Source: Acanthaster planci
Taxonomy: Eukaryota
Reading direction: 5' to 3'
DNA length: 64,000 nt
NCBI RefSeq assembly: GCF_001949145.1
Contig: NW_019091356.1
Span: forward strand, 4,384,934-4,448,933
The stretch's first letter is position 1. Each line of letters starts with the position of its first letter. Below the pieces are notes generated by a model. That model made no database searches. It worked only from the letters and a program-made list of their open reading frames with translations, and had not been told where the DNA came from. Below are positions 50,670 through 63,861 of the stretch, piece after piece. The position numbers and the translations under genes are program-made.

Positions 50670-53600
50670 ATGGCTGCGCCCACATTTAAGAATCTTCAAT
50701 CCGGTGACTACGGAAAAATACCGGCTAATCAACATCTGGTGAGATATTTAGTACTTAACTACCTCGGTATACCCGAAGAACGCTTGAAATATTTGAGAAA
50801 TGCTCCGATTTCAAAGCATTTGGGACCAGCGCCGGGCCTACCGGGTGTTGATGATCACTGCTGCAGTCAGTCAGTTATGTCAGTGGTAGTGCGGTTGGCG
50901 TTTTCAAGTTTTGGGTTACATGTTGGAAACGATCGATCATGATGATCATCGAATGTAATGATTCATCGCTCCCGACCGGTAGAAGTTTTTGAAAAGGGGA
51001 AAATGATGGAATGGCAAAGCCCTAGCATGCCTAACTTGCTTGACATGCTTGGCTCACATGTATTGTCATGATTGTAAAGTTAACTTGTTTGAGATTTTTT
51101 ACTGGATGGAATTGCCACTGACATGCAGCACATTCCGATTGGATCGATGGTCATGACGCATGGCTGTTGTTGGTACAGACTTGACAGATTGGGACAATTG
51201 CACATACAAAGCTTCAGTACTTGTACTCAAGTCATGCAAGTTGTAGGCCCTAGTACACACATTACAACAGGCACTGTCATGACTGCGACCTGTCCTGCCT
51301 GGTATGGTGGTTGTCAGGTCATGATCAGCAGATCAGTGTAGAATCTCATCTATCTGGTTTCATCGTGTCATAAAAACATCTTGTAATCTGATAATCTAAG
51401 AGCAGCTTTGGGGAATGCAGAGCTTTAATAAGAAACTTTAATCACTGAACAGGCAAATTTAGACTTCGACTGTGCTATGGCATCAACACATTTGATAATT
51501 TGGTCCTGTTTTTATTTAAGAGAATTCTGAACATTTTGTGCCTGTTTTTTGAAATATGCACCCAGCCTCCACTTGCCATTTTATTCCTTCCCAGCCTCTT
51601 CAGGAACTGACTAAACCTCACATTGAGTCATTCAACTATGTAATCAGAGAAGGACTCTCCCTGGCTGTCAGGAACATCTCTCCAGTCGAATTTCAACTCG
51701 GGAATGGAGACAGAATAACTCTTGCTTTCAGGGTAAAGAAAAACATAAGTGTCATGCCTTGAAATTGGGAGCAGTAATATCAAGATTGGCATTCCACCTC
51801 TTTCGTGTATCTATATAGTCTTCCCTAAAACTACGGGGTTCTATGATACTTGAAGGCCCAAACCTTAAAAGCACACAATAGTCAGTGGTTTTTAATGGTG
51901 TGTCTGTATAAAGATCCTTGTCAAGATAATGTACATTATTACGGGTAGTCGGGTTGGCAGGGTAGTTCTTTCCTCGCTTTTCACCTTTACGGCCCGGGTT
52001 CGATCTATGGCTCGGTCCACACATGGATTGGGTTTTCAGTCCCTACCTGACGCCATGGGTTTTACCCAGAAATTTCCTGTCTGGGCCCAGACAGGAACCC
52101 CAGCTGGGGTTTTCCTCCCACCGCTAAAACTGCAACTGCTTTCTATTGTCTCCTCTCTACAGTACAGATGTAGTTAGATGCAGGTCGTTTGGCGGCTGCC
52201 TGAGGTACCCTTGTATGCCATCAGCTCAACCACGTTTAAATGTATTCATTATGCCAATGTCTTCAGTGCACGGTGCATTTGAACATATCTGTATGAAATG
52301 TCCCCTTTATAAATGAATACATTATTCTTATTATTACATATGAGGATGGAGTTCGTTAGGATAGTTTGTGTGTGATCACATTTAACCAAGCCTTTTTTAT
52401 CTTTTGATAATTGATATTTGTGTATTGATTCGTTGCTTTCTTTTGTAAGGATGCCACCATTGGTCTACCCATGATCTCCAATCGTAACCGCTATGCAGCA
52501 ACAATGAAAGTTTTTCCATCTGAGGTAAGAAGTAAGGTTTCCTTCTAAATATGGAGCTGATTTAATATTTCTGTTGTCATTTATGAGGCGTACAAAATGA
52601 CCGTTTATCAGCTTGCAAGAGTACATGCACATGCAGCATTCTTTGACTTACACATCTGACCTCCCATCCACCCTCAACTCAGTGGCATTTAGAATGACAT
52701 ATCTGTGGTTGTATTATTTCCAGTGCAGACAGCGAGGGACCACCTATCGGGCCAAGCTGCAGGCAGGGATAGTTTGGAAAAACAGCAGAGGTGGCCAGGG
52801 AGGAAAGGATATAGTGATTGGTGAAGTGCCCATCATGGTCAAGGTACCAAGTGCTGAGGATTTTATAGCCATAAGTAATGAATCTTCTTGTACTTCTGTT
52901 AGGCACAATTGATTGATCTGTGCAACTTATTGATTGAAACTGTGTGCTATCAGTTAATCAACTGATGCTAATGATTCAGCGTACTTACTAGTCTTCTCCT
53001 TCAATAGGCAATCGACAAATTTGTTGGTCAGTCGACCATTTTGTGGAGGAAATGTCCAGTTAAGGTCATTGGTCGTGTTTGTCATCGTGCATTCTCCCAG
53101 TCAGAATGTTCTTGGTGGGTTTGTTTATTGGATTGTGCTGTTTTCCATGCAGTCTGACAATTGCAACCTAAGAAAGCTGGCCCCATCTCAGCTGGTTCGT
53201 CATCATGAGGAGGCGGAGGAAATGGGTGGATACTTCATCGTCAACGGCATTGAGCGAGTCATCCGGATGCTGGTCATGCCAAGGAGACACTATGTATGTA
53301 TGCTTAAAAAAAAATTGGGTTATTTCTCTTGATTAGAAATCCCCACTCCTGAGAAATAGCAGTCAACATGGACTAGTGATTCATAATGTAGTCTCCCAGA
53401 AGTGAAATAATTAACCTGCTCAAAATGCAACCATGCTTTGATTTTTCTTATCTAGCCAATGGCCATCAGTAGACCAAAGTGGAAGACAAGAGGTCGAGCG
53501 TTCACTGAGTATGGTGTCACCATGAGATGCGTTAAGAATGACCAGACTTCTTCAGTGAGTACTTACTTCATGATAAGATGTATTGAGGAACTCTAGTTGC

Positions 53601-56600
53601 TATATCAAGTTCAAAATCCCATGGCTTAGTGTGTTATTTGTCGTGCAGATACCTTGCATTGCATGTTAGCCAATACTTATCATTGCTCTTCATTTGTCTC
53701 CATTCTCAGAATTTAATCCTGCACTATATGAACAATGGAACTATTGTTCTGAGCTTTACGTGCCAGAAGGAGATGTTTTTCATCTCGTTGGTCATGGTTC
53801 TTAAGGTATGTGAGCATCACTTAGATGATCCCTCCATGAGTAGTGTTTTAATGAAAACTTTGTTTAATCCGTTGCCGCCATAATGTCAAAGACTCAATAA
53901 CTTGAGAATGCTAATTTGTCCTGGAAAGGCAGTAAAAGTCAAACTTGGATGCTAAAATGCAGAAAAATGTTTTGTTCGGTTTTGTGGAATGAAAACTTAA
54001 TTATGAAAATCCTATACATGTATATATTTAACACAATGTATTTGTTCTTAAGTCTGGTCTTAATTCTAACCTAGGCCCTTGTAGATACCACAGACCAACA
54101 CATCTACAATGAGATGCTGAAAGGAATAGAGCAAGACACCTTCCTAATCGGGTGAGAAGCATTTCGTGATGTTTCCAACTTCCATTTCATCTTTTTGTTG
54201 ATGTGACTTCTACCGAAAATGTCTCGATGCTAAAGCCAGTGATTTTTCCTTTGGAAACATGACTTTTTAAGGGTCCCATGATCATGGAAAATCCTGGAAA
54301 GAAGGTTCCCCATGATCATGGATAACCCTGGAAAGAAGGGTCCCCATTATCATGGATAATCCTGGAAAAAAGTCCTGGAAAAATATGGAAAAGTCTTGGA
54401 AAAATGGGGAAAAATAGGATGCCACGGAATCCTGTAGTCAGAGGTAAAAGTCACGGAAAGCCATGAACAGCAAGCTAATGCATGGGCTGCCTGATGTGAT
54501 CAGTGGAATAATGATACATTGACAGGCTGTTTCCTTTCAGTCTGTAGAAGTGGCTATGGCAGTCGTCCATTTCACAATACCAAATGAGTTTTCTCTGTAA
54601 GATGGCATAAAATGTCACAGAAATTGTCATAATGAAGTCCTAGAAAATTTGTGGGAAACCTATTTTTATACTTGACCCTTTGGCCAATTTCGATCAGCAT
54701 CACCATTATTTCTGTCCTGTGCTGCATGCCAGTAGGAAGGTTGTATCAATGCGGCAGTGTTAGTAGCGTGGGGTTATTCAGTTGGTCTTGTCCCCTATCC
54801 CCCACTGTCCAGTTGTGTGACTGAGATGCTCCGTCAAGCCCAATCTCAGGACCTGACTACACATCACAGCATCCTGAGTTTCATTGGTGAGCAGTTCCGA
54901 GTCAAGCTGGGACTCCCCGACTGGTACTCGGCAGATGAGGTTGCCCGGTTCCTCCTCCGTCAGCACATCTGCATCCACCTGGACTCCAACATTGATAAAT
55001 TTAACACTCTCATGTGAGTGCCGTTTTGTCATGCTCTCCTGAGCTGTGAGTGAAGCTGATTATACAGAAGAAATTATGGTTCCTTAAAGTTATGTTTTCC
55101 ACTCAACAAAATCAACAACTATGATTTCTTGGACAGCTTCAGCCTTTCTGTTTCTTGCTTTACCACTGACTTTGTGCTTTCTTTCCACATAGCTTGATGG
55201 CAAGGAAACTGTTCTCCTTTGCTCGAGGACAGTGTTCGGCAGATAATGCAGACAGCCCCATGAATCAAGAAGTCTTACTTGCTGGACATCTCTACCAAAT
55301 GGTCTTGAAGGTAGGGCCAATAAAACCCTCACATTCATGCTCATAGTTTGTGGGTGTACACACCCAACAGGCAGGTTCACGAAAACCATCAGGATCAACA
55401 ATTTCTTTGAATGGCAGAAACTGTGCCATAATGATTTTATGATATGTTGTCCTTTGTAACTGAGTAACGTGATATGTGGTGTGATTGTTCATCATCTTTT
55501 CTTGAAAGGAAAAAATGGAGTCGTGGCTACAGAATGTAAAGTTGACTATCCTAAAGAAAGCAAACAACTCAGCTAGCAACTTTATTCTGACTAAAGGTAA
55601 AGGAATAAATGTTTACATAGATCTGTTTTATTTCTCTCATTTTTAAAGCACAGTTCAGTAGATTGTGCTGTAATAAATAGCTCGGAGAGGATTGTTTTCA
55701 GAAGAATGAAAGATCAAAAGATAATTAACATATCCCTAAAATAACAATATTTTTCCTACTTTTTTCTTCTCTTCAGCCAACCTGGATAACGTTCTGAAAA
55801 CTGTTAGTGATCTCACACGGCCAATGGAATATCTTCTGGCCACAGGGAACTTGGTTTCCAAGACAGGACTTGGACTCATGCAGGTACCGATGGAACAATG
55901 GGATAGCTCTGAGAATCTTTGGGATATTCTACTAAGAAGTAATGTCTGTTGCGTTTTAGGACACACACTTTTCCTTCGGGAGTAGCCAGGAAATACCGGA
56001 TACTCCTGTACTAACTAAGGAACTACCCTATCCGGTTGAGAGGAATGTGTGCTCCAGCTGGGAAGTTACTCTGTTCCAAATGGAGCATCCACACTTTTCC
56101 TTCGGGAGTAGCCAGGAAATACCGGATACTCCTGTACTAACTAAGGAACTACCCTATCCGGTTGAGAGGAATGTGTGCCTTAGCTTGGAAGTTACTCTCT
56201 TCCAAATGGAGCATCCCAAGAGCATTCTGCATTTATGAGAAACTTCATATTTAAAAGGACTTGACAAAGAAACATGCTTTAGGCTTCATTGTACTTGCTG
56301 TACAAGCTGAGCTGCGAGTGCTACACACTGCTGGACAATTAAAATTAAACCAATTAGTAGAGTCCTTTTCTTGCTCAGTAAATGGAAGAATTATTTTTGC
56401 AAATCTTGTCCTAACAGTCTGTTATGCTCTTCGCTCACTCAGACCTCGGGACTGACGGTCGTTGCTGACAAACTCAACTTCATGCGCTTTCTGTCTCACT
56501 TCCGCTGCATCCATCGAGGCTCATTCTTCTCCGAGATGAGAACTACATCAGTCAGGAAACTCCTTCCCGAGGCTTGGGGTAAGGGATTTTAGAAAAGAAG

Positions 56601-59600
56601 ATACTAACCCAGGAACATTTTCTTAATCGATTGTTATCTTGCTGTCAGTTTCTCATTTCAACTTTGTTTATTTTCACAAGGGTTCCTGTGCCCTGTTCAC
56701 ACCCCTGACGGCGCACCGTGCGGTCTCATGAACCACCTAGCTGCTAGCTGTCAGGTGACCAACACTCAGCCAATGACAACGCACCTGCCCCGCCTACTCA
56801 GCTCTCTTGGCATGGCCCCGTTGGATGGTCCACCTCCTACTTCAGTTGTAGACTGCTATGAGGTTGTCATGGATGGGCGTGTCTTAGGATTGGTTGCCAA
56901 GGATGTGGCTCCTGAACTAACTGACAGATTGAGGACACTAAAGGCAAAAGAACAAAAAGGGGTGGGTACAATTTTGGGGGGGGTGTACGGGGAGTGGCAC
57001 ATGCAGAAAGTAGTTACAGTGTTCAAATGATTGGAATCCTCTTTGCAGATACCAGCAACACTTGAAGTTGTCTTAGTTCCCATGACGAAACATGCCAGCC
57101 AATACCCAGGCCTCTTCTTGTTCACAACGCCCGCACGACTCATGCGACCGGTCTTCAATCTAGCAACCCAATCAACGCATCTGATTGGCACCTTGGAACA
57201 GGTGTACCTGAACATCGCAGTCACACCAAAGGAAATACATGAAGGGGTAAATGCTGTAGACTTAGTCCAATCCTGGCATATAGGTTCTTTTCATTTGTGT
57301 AAATGGCACCAAATCTCCTGTAAGTTGCCAGCTGTTGAAGACATTGAGATAGTTTGAAGTTTATGTGATAACTAGAGATGAACGATCAATCAGATTTAAC
57401 GAAAAAAGTAGATTTTCAGTCATACACTTTCAAGAATATGGATGTTTCAACTTTATGCATATTTCTCCGAAATGCCCGAAGCTAGTCCGATGGTCAGATC
57501 ACTCCATGGTCAAAAGTAGTAATGACACTCTATTTCAGCCAGATGAGTTGCTTTCTGACAGTTGATACGAGCAAGATACTAAGCTCTTTGTAAATGTGAC
57601 TTCCAATAGGAGACAACCCACATGGAGTTGAGTGAATCTGGCATTCTGAGTGCAGTCGCCAGCTTGACGCCATTTTCCGATTTCAATCAGAGTCCACGTA
57701 ACATGTACCAGTGCCAGGTGTGTACTTGAAGTACAAGAAAGGTGAAGGGGGGGAAGAAACACGGGATTGAGGAAATGTCTGAAAACTTGGAACATTCTCG
57801 TTAAAACTGGAGCACTTCTTTCAGTAAGACCATGAGTTGCCATCGGGTACGCATTGCATTTTCATTTTGTTCCCGGTGTGAACAGGTTTTCTGAGGTAAA
57901 GCCTGCAAAGGCATTGGCCACAATTTAGGAACATGCATTGTTCCTTAGCTGCTGCTAATAGGAACAGCAGATTTTCTCGAATAGAACAAACACAATTCTT
58001 GTTGGAATGTTTTCTAGCATTTCAACTTACGAGCACCCAATAGTGGAAACTGTACCAAGTTATTGGCTTCAGTGGGCACAAATCCGATATTAGGAAATTG
58101 GTGAAAATTAGTTATAAGTCTTTCGTCTTTAAACTTTTAGACTAAAGTAGTTACCATTGCGTGTCTTTTGCAAACAGATGGGCAAACAGACCATGGGTGT
58201 CCCATGCCACACTCTGCAATATCGCAATGACCACAAGATGTACCGTCTACAGACCCCGCAGTCACCTGTTGTCAGACCTCACGCCTACGACCATTATAAC
58301 TTTGATGAATACCCACTGGGGACTAACGCCGTTGTTGCTGTCATCTCTTACACGGTATGGTGATATTCCTTCAAGGACGACCAACTTGTTATTTTCACAG
58401 ATGTGCTGAATAGATTTTCTTAAAAGTGTCCACTTTGCCGCTTAACTAAAAAAAAGCACACCATGTGAACTTTTGAGAATACAGAAACAGTTGAAGTCAA
58501 TTTCAGAATGTGACATTCAGTCTGATGTCCATGCATTTATTCCTGCCTTAATTCTACACACTTACAGTTGCCATAAATACCTGATTATTCTGAAAGTTTT
58601 TAATTTACCTCAATTCCCCAAATCTCTTACTCTCTACAGGGTTACGACATGGAAGATGCCATGATACTCAACAAGTCATCCGTGGAGAGAGGGTTCTGCC
58701 ACGGAACTATCTACAAGACCGAAGAAATTGACCTCAAGAAAAAGAGCCGTGGCTCAACTAAGTATCAGGTCACGCTCACGTTTGGTGAGTTTCCAGCTCT
58801 GTCTCATATTATTCAAACTTGGCAGTGTTTTCATGTTAACTTGAAGAATTTAAACAGATGTGCAGTTGTATTCAGACTTGGATCATTCTGGTTTGACGAT
58901 AACGACTCAGTGATGTCTACATGCCTGTTTTATGTACTGTATTGTAGAACATTGAGAGACCAAGAAAAGAGGGTAAGTGAAAGACTGTAACTGTTTTGGG
59001 GTTAATATCTTAAACCTGTTCCCAGGTTGTGATGTCCAGGACCCTAGAGCAAAAGGAATGCTAGATGTTGATGGGTTTCCACCCATAGGTACTGTGATAA
59101 ATCCTGGAGATCCCTTCTACAGGTGAGTCAACTCCAGCCTTCTTTGAAGCTGCTTTGGCTTAAGCTCTTGAGATTCTAGGAGCAGAGTGCCAGCGGCCTG
59201 GGAGAAGTCATGGAAATTTGTTTTTGTTTTCCAGGCCTGGAAAAGTCATGGAATTTTGTAAAAATAAAAAAAGTCTTGGAAAGTCATGGAATTTTTTAAT
59301 TACTGTGAGTGATTTTTTATTATCTGAAATAGGTGCATAAAATGCATGATTAGTTTATCCGCAACTTTAAAAGTTTGACTATTTCTAAGAAATTGCGTTC
59401 TTGGGTCATGGATTTCCACAAACTGGTCAGGGAAAAGTCATAGAATTTAATTGTCCTTAAGGTGCTGGAACCCTATAGGAGAGGTTGGACAATTCAGAAA
59501 GTTGTTCAGCACCCATCTCTCCTCATGAGGATTAAACTCTTTACTTACAGCAAGGTCAGCTCATAACGGTGACTGTTAAAGACAAAGATCAAAGAAACCA

Positions 59601-61723
59601 AGACAAGGTCAGTGGTTACCTTGGCAATGCTCTCAGTTCGTTTTTCTACCTTATTTTGTTTCAATTTCCAGTTTTTTAGATTTGGAGACTCGTCAGTACA
59701 GGGTGGAGCGATACAGTGGTATGGAGACCGGTGTGGTTGACAATGTTAAACTCACAGGGAATGATGATGGGAACCAGGAATGTCAGAAGGCTTACATACA
59801 GCTCCGGATACAGGTGCAATAGACGATAGGAAAGTTCTCCAAGAATATGGCGTATGTTTAAAGTAAGACTTGTAAATATTTAAGATGACCAGTATAAGAC
59901 TTAAGTGATAGCTCCTCCAATCAATTGCCTTGACTTGGGGATATTTTGTAGAGGAACCCAATCATCGGGGACAAGTTTTCCAGTCGGCATGGACAGAAAG
60001 GGATCTGTAGTCAGCGATGGCCGGCGGAGAACATGCCATTCACAGAGAGCGGAATGACTCCTGATATCATCTTCAATCCACATGGCTTTCCTTCCAGAAT
60101 GACCATCGGTATGTAAGTGTAGCGCCCCCTGTAGACTAGGTTCAGATAAGCAGTAGTAACAATATGTACTGCGGTCTTGATGAAACTGTGCAGGTTGAAC
60201 CATTTTAGTTCCACAGGTTTCATAGAAGGGCCGGTTGTCAAAATTCCATTTAAGGAAATTCTCAAGGATGTGTTAGTTCCAATTTATTTTAAACATCTTT
60301 GTTCATTACGTGTCATTTTTCAGGCATGATGATTGAGAGCATGGCAGGCAAGTCAAGCTGCCTTCATGGTCTCTGCCACGATGCTACGCCGTTCACATTC
60401 TCTGAAGACCAACCCGCTGTAGATTACTTTGGAAGACTGTTGTGCGCAGGTAAACTGCAAAGAAGATGAAAATGTTCATGTGTTTTGTTCCAGAGATTTG
60501 ACTCTCAATGTTGCTGGCTGTGTTTGTGAATTTTAGCCAAAGATGATGCAATCATACAGGTATCTTCAGGGTCAGTGTTTCTTGAAAAGATGTCTGTGAG
60601 TTAGCAACATTTTTCATGTCCGACGATTTCTCATTCCAAGATTTGATCTGATTTTCTTATAACCCCAGCTGGGTATAATTACCATGGTACAGAAAGAATG
60701 TACAGTGGAGTGACAGGGGTGGAGCTAGAGGCAGATATCTTTGTGGGCGTCGTGTACTACCAGCGACTGAGGCACATGGTGTCTGACAAGTTTCAAGTAA
60801 GACAAATCGCTGTGTTGTCACCGGCTAAATTCACTATGAGTAGAAGTTACTCTGATGTCGAGCCCTGATGGATAGAAACATTCCTCTGTCCTTGTACTCT
60901 GTCAGTCTTTAATACTGATTCAGAGACTGGCCAGTCAAGCCAGTGTCTGCCGGAGGTATCCACTTCTCACGCTCAGGAACATCGTTGCAGCTGAGTCACA
61001 AGTCGCTCTAAGTCCATCCCTAGCCATTATGCAGTCAGTGACTTGTGACTGGACTTGTGTGAGGACTATGAGATTGACAGATTGTTCCTATGTCTTCACT
61101 TTCACCAGGTGCGTTCCACCGGACCCATAGATGTCCTAACTCACCAGCCAATCAAAGGAAGGAAACGTGCCGGAGGTATCCGCTTTGGTGAGATGGAACG
61201 AGACTCCCTCCTTGCACATGGAACATCCTTCTTGCTCCAAGACAGACTACTCAACTGCTCTGATAAGAGTATGGTAAGGACCAAGAAAAAACATGCTCAG
61301 GATTGTGCGTCTTAGGAATACTCGCCTTTTACTTCATGCTTTGCAATTTTATAAAAATCTTCCAAGTATTTATGTTTTAAGCTACCGATTCAGTAATTCT
61401 GAAGTGCTATGCATCTCAGTAATCCAAGATGGTAGCTTCTGAGTATTTTAAGTGTTAACTGAATCCATCAACTCGCCTTTTTCCTGCAGAGCCATGTGTG
61501 TACAAAGTGCGGCACCATCTTAGGCATAAATCTTGACAAGCGCAGTGCACAGCATGACGACGACGGCATTAATAGCGCCCTCTTTGGCTCCAACCAGAAA
61601 TGGACCTGTAGCACGTGTCGGTCAGTTGATCACATTGATGTTATCACGATACCATATGTCTTCAAATACTTGGTAGCTGAGCTGTCGGCCATGAATGTGA
61701 AAGTCAGACTGGACGTCAAGTGA
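50670..61723 (+). CDS. POLR1B: DNA-directed RNA polymerase I subunit RPA2, 25 exons, 1140 aa
   Basis: Exons 50670-50738, 51595-51732, 52450-52524, 52724-52843, 53153-53293, 53456-53554, 53710-53805, 54075-54151, 54813-55013, 55193-55310, 55509-55596, 55777-55883, 56443-56578, 56681-56961, 57049-57246, 57610-57717, 58178-58354, 58640-58784, 59026-59122, 59672-59813, 59952-60108, 60324-60449, 60669-60796, 61109-61273, 61490-61723 (3423 nt). Motifs: [92 protein letters not shown]-terminal Zn ribbon. Confidence 0.97.
51943..52337 (+). mobile_element. tRNA-derived SINE (V-SINE-like core, ATT-repeat tail)
   Basis: tRNA-like head with box B CCCGGGTTCGATC, central GGGTTTT...GGGGTTTTCCTCCCAC motif, 3' ATAAATG...ATTATTCTTATTATTA tail. 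TACATTATT is present at both ends. Confidence 0.7.
54269..54662 (+). mobile_element. Non-autonomous hAT-like element with GGAAAA-TCATGGA subterminal repeats
   Basis: Starts AGGGTCCCA, ends GTGGGAAACCTA. About 33-bp tandem units CCCATGATCATGGAAAATCCTGGAAAGAAGG. Related to the element at 59183-59475. Confidence 0.55.
55964..56216 (+). repeat. 126-bp tandem duplication in a POLR1B intron
   Basis: Two near-identical copies starting CACACTTTTCCTTCGGGAGTAGCC at 55964 and 56090. Confidence 0.92.
59183..59475 (+). mobile_element. Non-autonomous hAT-like element with repeated GGAAAAGTCATGGAA motifs
   Basis: CAGAGTGCCAGC...GCTGGAACCCTA termini. At least 5 AAGTCATGGAA-like motifs. TAGGAG directly flanks both ends. 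Confidence 0.65.
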
Positions 61724-62016
61724 AGGCCTGCCTAACTGGACAAAAATCATGGAGCAACTGCACAGCATAGTTGCGTCATCTGTGCCATGTTTTACCCACA
61801 TTTTGCATGGGGTCAATCTATTTACTCTCTTCATGGGTTACATGGATCATCATGTTCTGCCCAAATTTGGAATCTCCCATGTCACAGTATTCCATATCTT
61901 CTTAATATTGCTTGAAGTATCCCACGCCAATCACTGAATAATAGTTCATTCTCTAATATATTTTGACTCAGCAGATATAGTTTGCTACCTGTTTGTTTTT
62001 GAACATGTAAGATGTA

Positions 62017-62600
62017 NNNNNNNNNNNNNNNNNNNNNNNNNNNNNNNNNNNNNNNNNNNNNNNNNNNNNNNNNNNNNNNNNNNNNNNNNNNNNNNNNNNN
62101 NNNNNNNNNNNNNNNNNNNNNNNNNNNNNNNNNNNNNNNNNNNNNNNNNNNNNNNNNNNNNNNNNNNNNNNNNNNNNNNNNNNNNNNNNNNNNNNNNNNN
62201 NNNNNNNNNNNNNNNNNNNNNNNNNNNNNNNNNNNNNNNNNNNNNNNNNNNNNNNNNNNNNNNNNNNNNNNNNNNNNNNNNNNNNNNNNNNNNNNNNNNN
62301 NNNNNNNNNNNNNNNNNNNNNNNNNNNNNNNNNNNNNNNNNNNNNNNNNNNNNNNNNNNNNNNNNNNNNNNNNNNNNNNNNNNNNNNNNNNNNNNNNNNN
62401 NNNNNNNNNNNNNNNNNNNNNNNNNNNNNNNNNNNNNNNNNNNNNNNNNNNNNNNNNNNNNNNNNNNNNNNNNNNNNNNNNNNNNNNNNNNNNNNNNNNN
62501 NNNNNNNNNNNNNNNNNNNNNNNNNNNNNNNNNNNNNNNNNNNNNNNNNNNNNNNNNNNNNNNNNNNNNNNNNNNNNNNNNNNNNNNNNNNNNNNNNNNN
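62017..62600. other. Assembly gap (N run)
   Basis: 584 N bases downstream of POLR1B. Confidence 1.
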
Positions 62601-63861
62601 TAGGCCTATATGATTATATGACTATACTACTACGACTATATCGCATTTGCAGAGATTGTAGTAATGGATCATTGAGTTCTGTCACAATTACCAAGGTTGT
62701 CTTAAAGGGTAGCTGCATCTGCAATCAATGTTTTTGATTACAAACCTTTAAAATGCACCTTTATGCGTCGGTAAACTTTATTTTTAACTTTGGTTTCACT
62801 ATTTCAAAGGGTATTTTAATGCCTTTTGATTTTTTGTGCTAATGGGATTTCCATATTCATGAGCAAAACTGTGATGTCATGCCAGGAAGAAGCCTCCATG
62901 TTCCATTGGTTTGTACACAAAAAAGTGGTGCATTTTTGCAGATTTGTCTCCCATTTTACACTTCGCTTGATTGGAAGTTCTGAAGGTTCTTCAAAATCTG
63001 CCTTAATTTTTTCAACACGAAAATGTGTGTGTGGAGGTGATTCAATGGCCCATCCCCCCGGTCAAAAGTTGGGGGATGTATACCCCACATCCACCGGGAT
63101 TTTCGCGCCAGTACCATAATAAAACTGCATTTACAGGTGCATGTTCACTTAATTTTTGTTGCTTGTTGACTTTTGGAAAGGAAATAGCCAAGGTTAAAGA
63201 TATTGACAATGGTCAAAAGAGGAGCCAGCCACAGCCAGGAGCTTCCGGGATTTCTAAATGCAAGGTTGTTCTTGCTTGATATACAAGCAAAGTAGTTTGG
63301 AAACAAGCGAACAGTAACATTTTATGTCGGCCATCAAGCAGCAGTTGTCGTAAATTCGATTTCTTTGGCATTTTATTTGTCTCCAGCATGTTATTTGTGG
63401 CGCTTTATAATTCCACTGTTCAGACGGTTCATTCAAGTAATCATGGACGCTTCCCTTTGCGCGTTTGCGATGAGGAATCACATGATTGCATTTCCATGGT
63501 AACTACTGAAAGCTTATGTGTTGTGAAAGGGAAAAGATGAATTTAAAACTATATCTTAATTGCAATGAGTGTGAGTTGCTTTGCCAAAAATTGCTTTTTT
63601 GCCTCGCAGTGTGCAAAGAAAAAGTTGAGAAAGGCTCCACACGGGCCACTTTTCTTGTCATTGTGTATTAATGGCGAATTTACCAAGTCCAAGTCGCTTT
63701 AAGGAATTAATTGCCTGCTTCGGGTCATTTATTTCAATTCTATCAAGATAAAATTAGACTGTGTTAGCGAAGTCAATCAGTGATGTACGCCTCCATTGTT
63801 TGTTTCCATGGAATAGGGATGGTGTGACTTTTGTATGGTGTTCTAAAGCGGACAGGCAAAT

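Noticed and set aside
57247..61108. Box C/D snoRNAs in POLR1B introns
   Set aside because: Scattered TGATG/CTGA words occur, but I could not find a convincing box C + box D pair with a terminal stem and rRNA antisense element. A snoscan/Infernal search would settle it.
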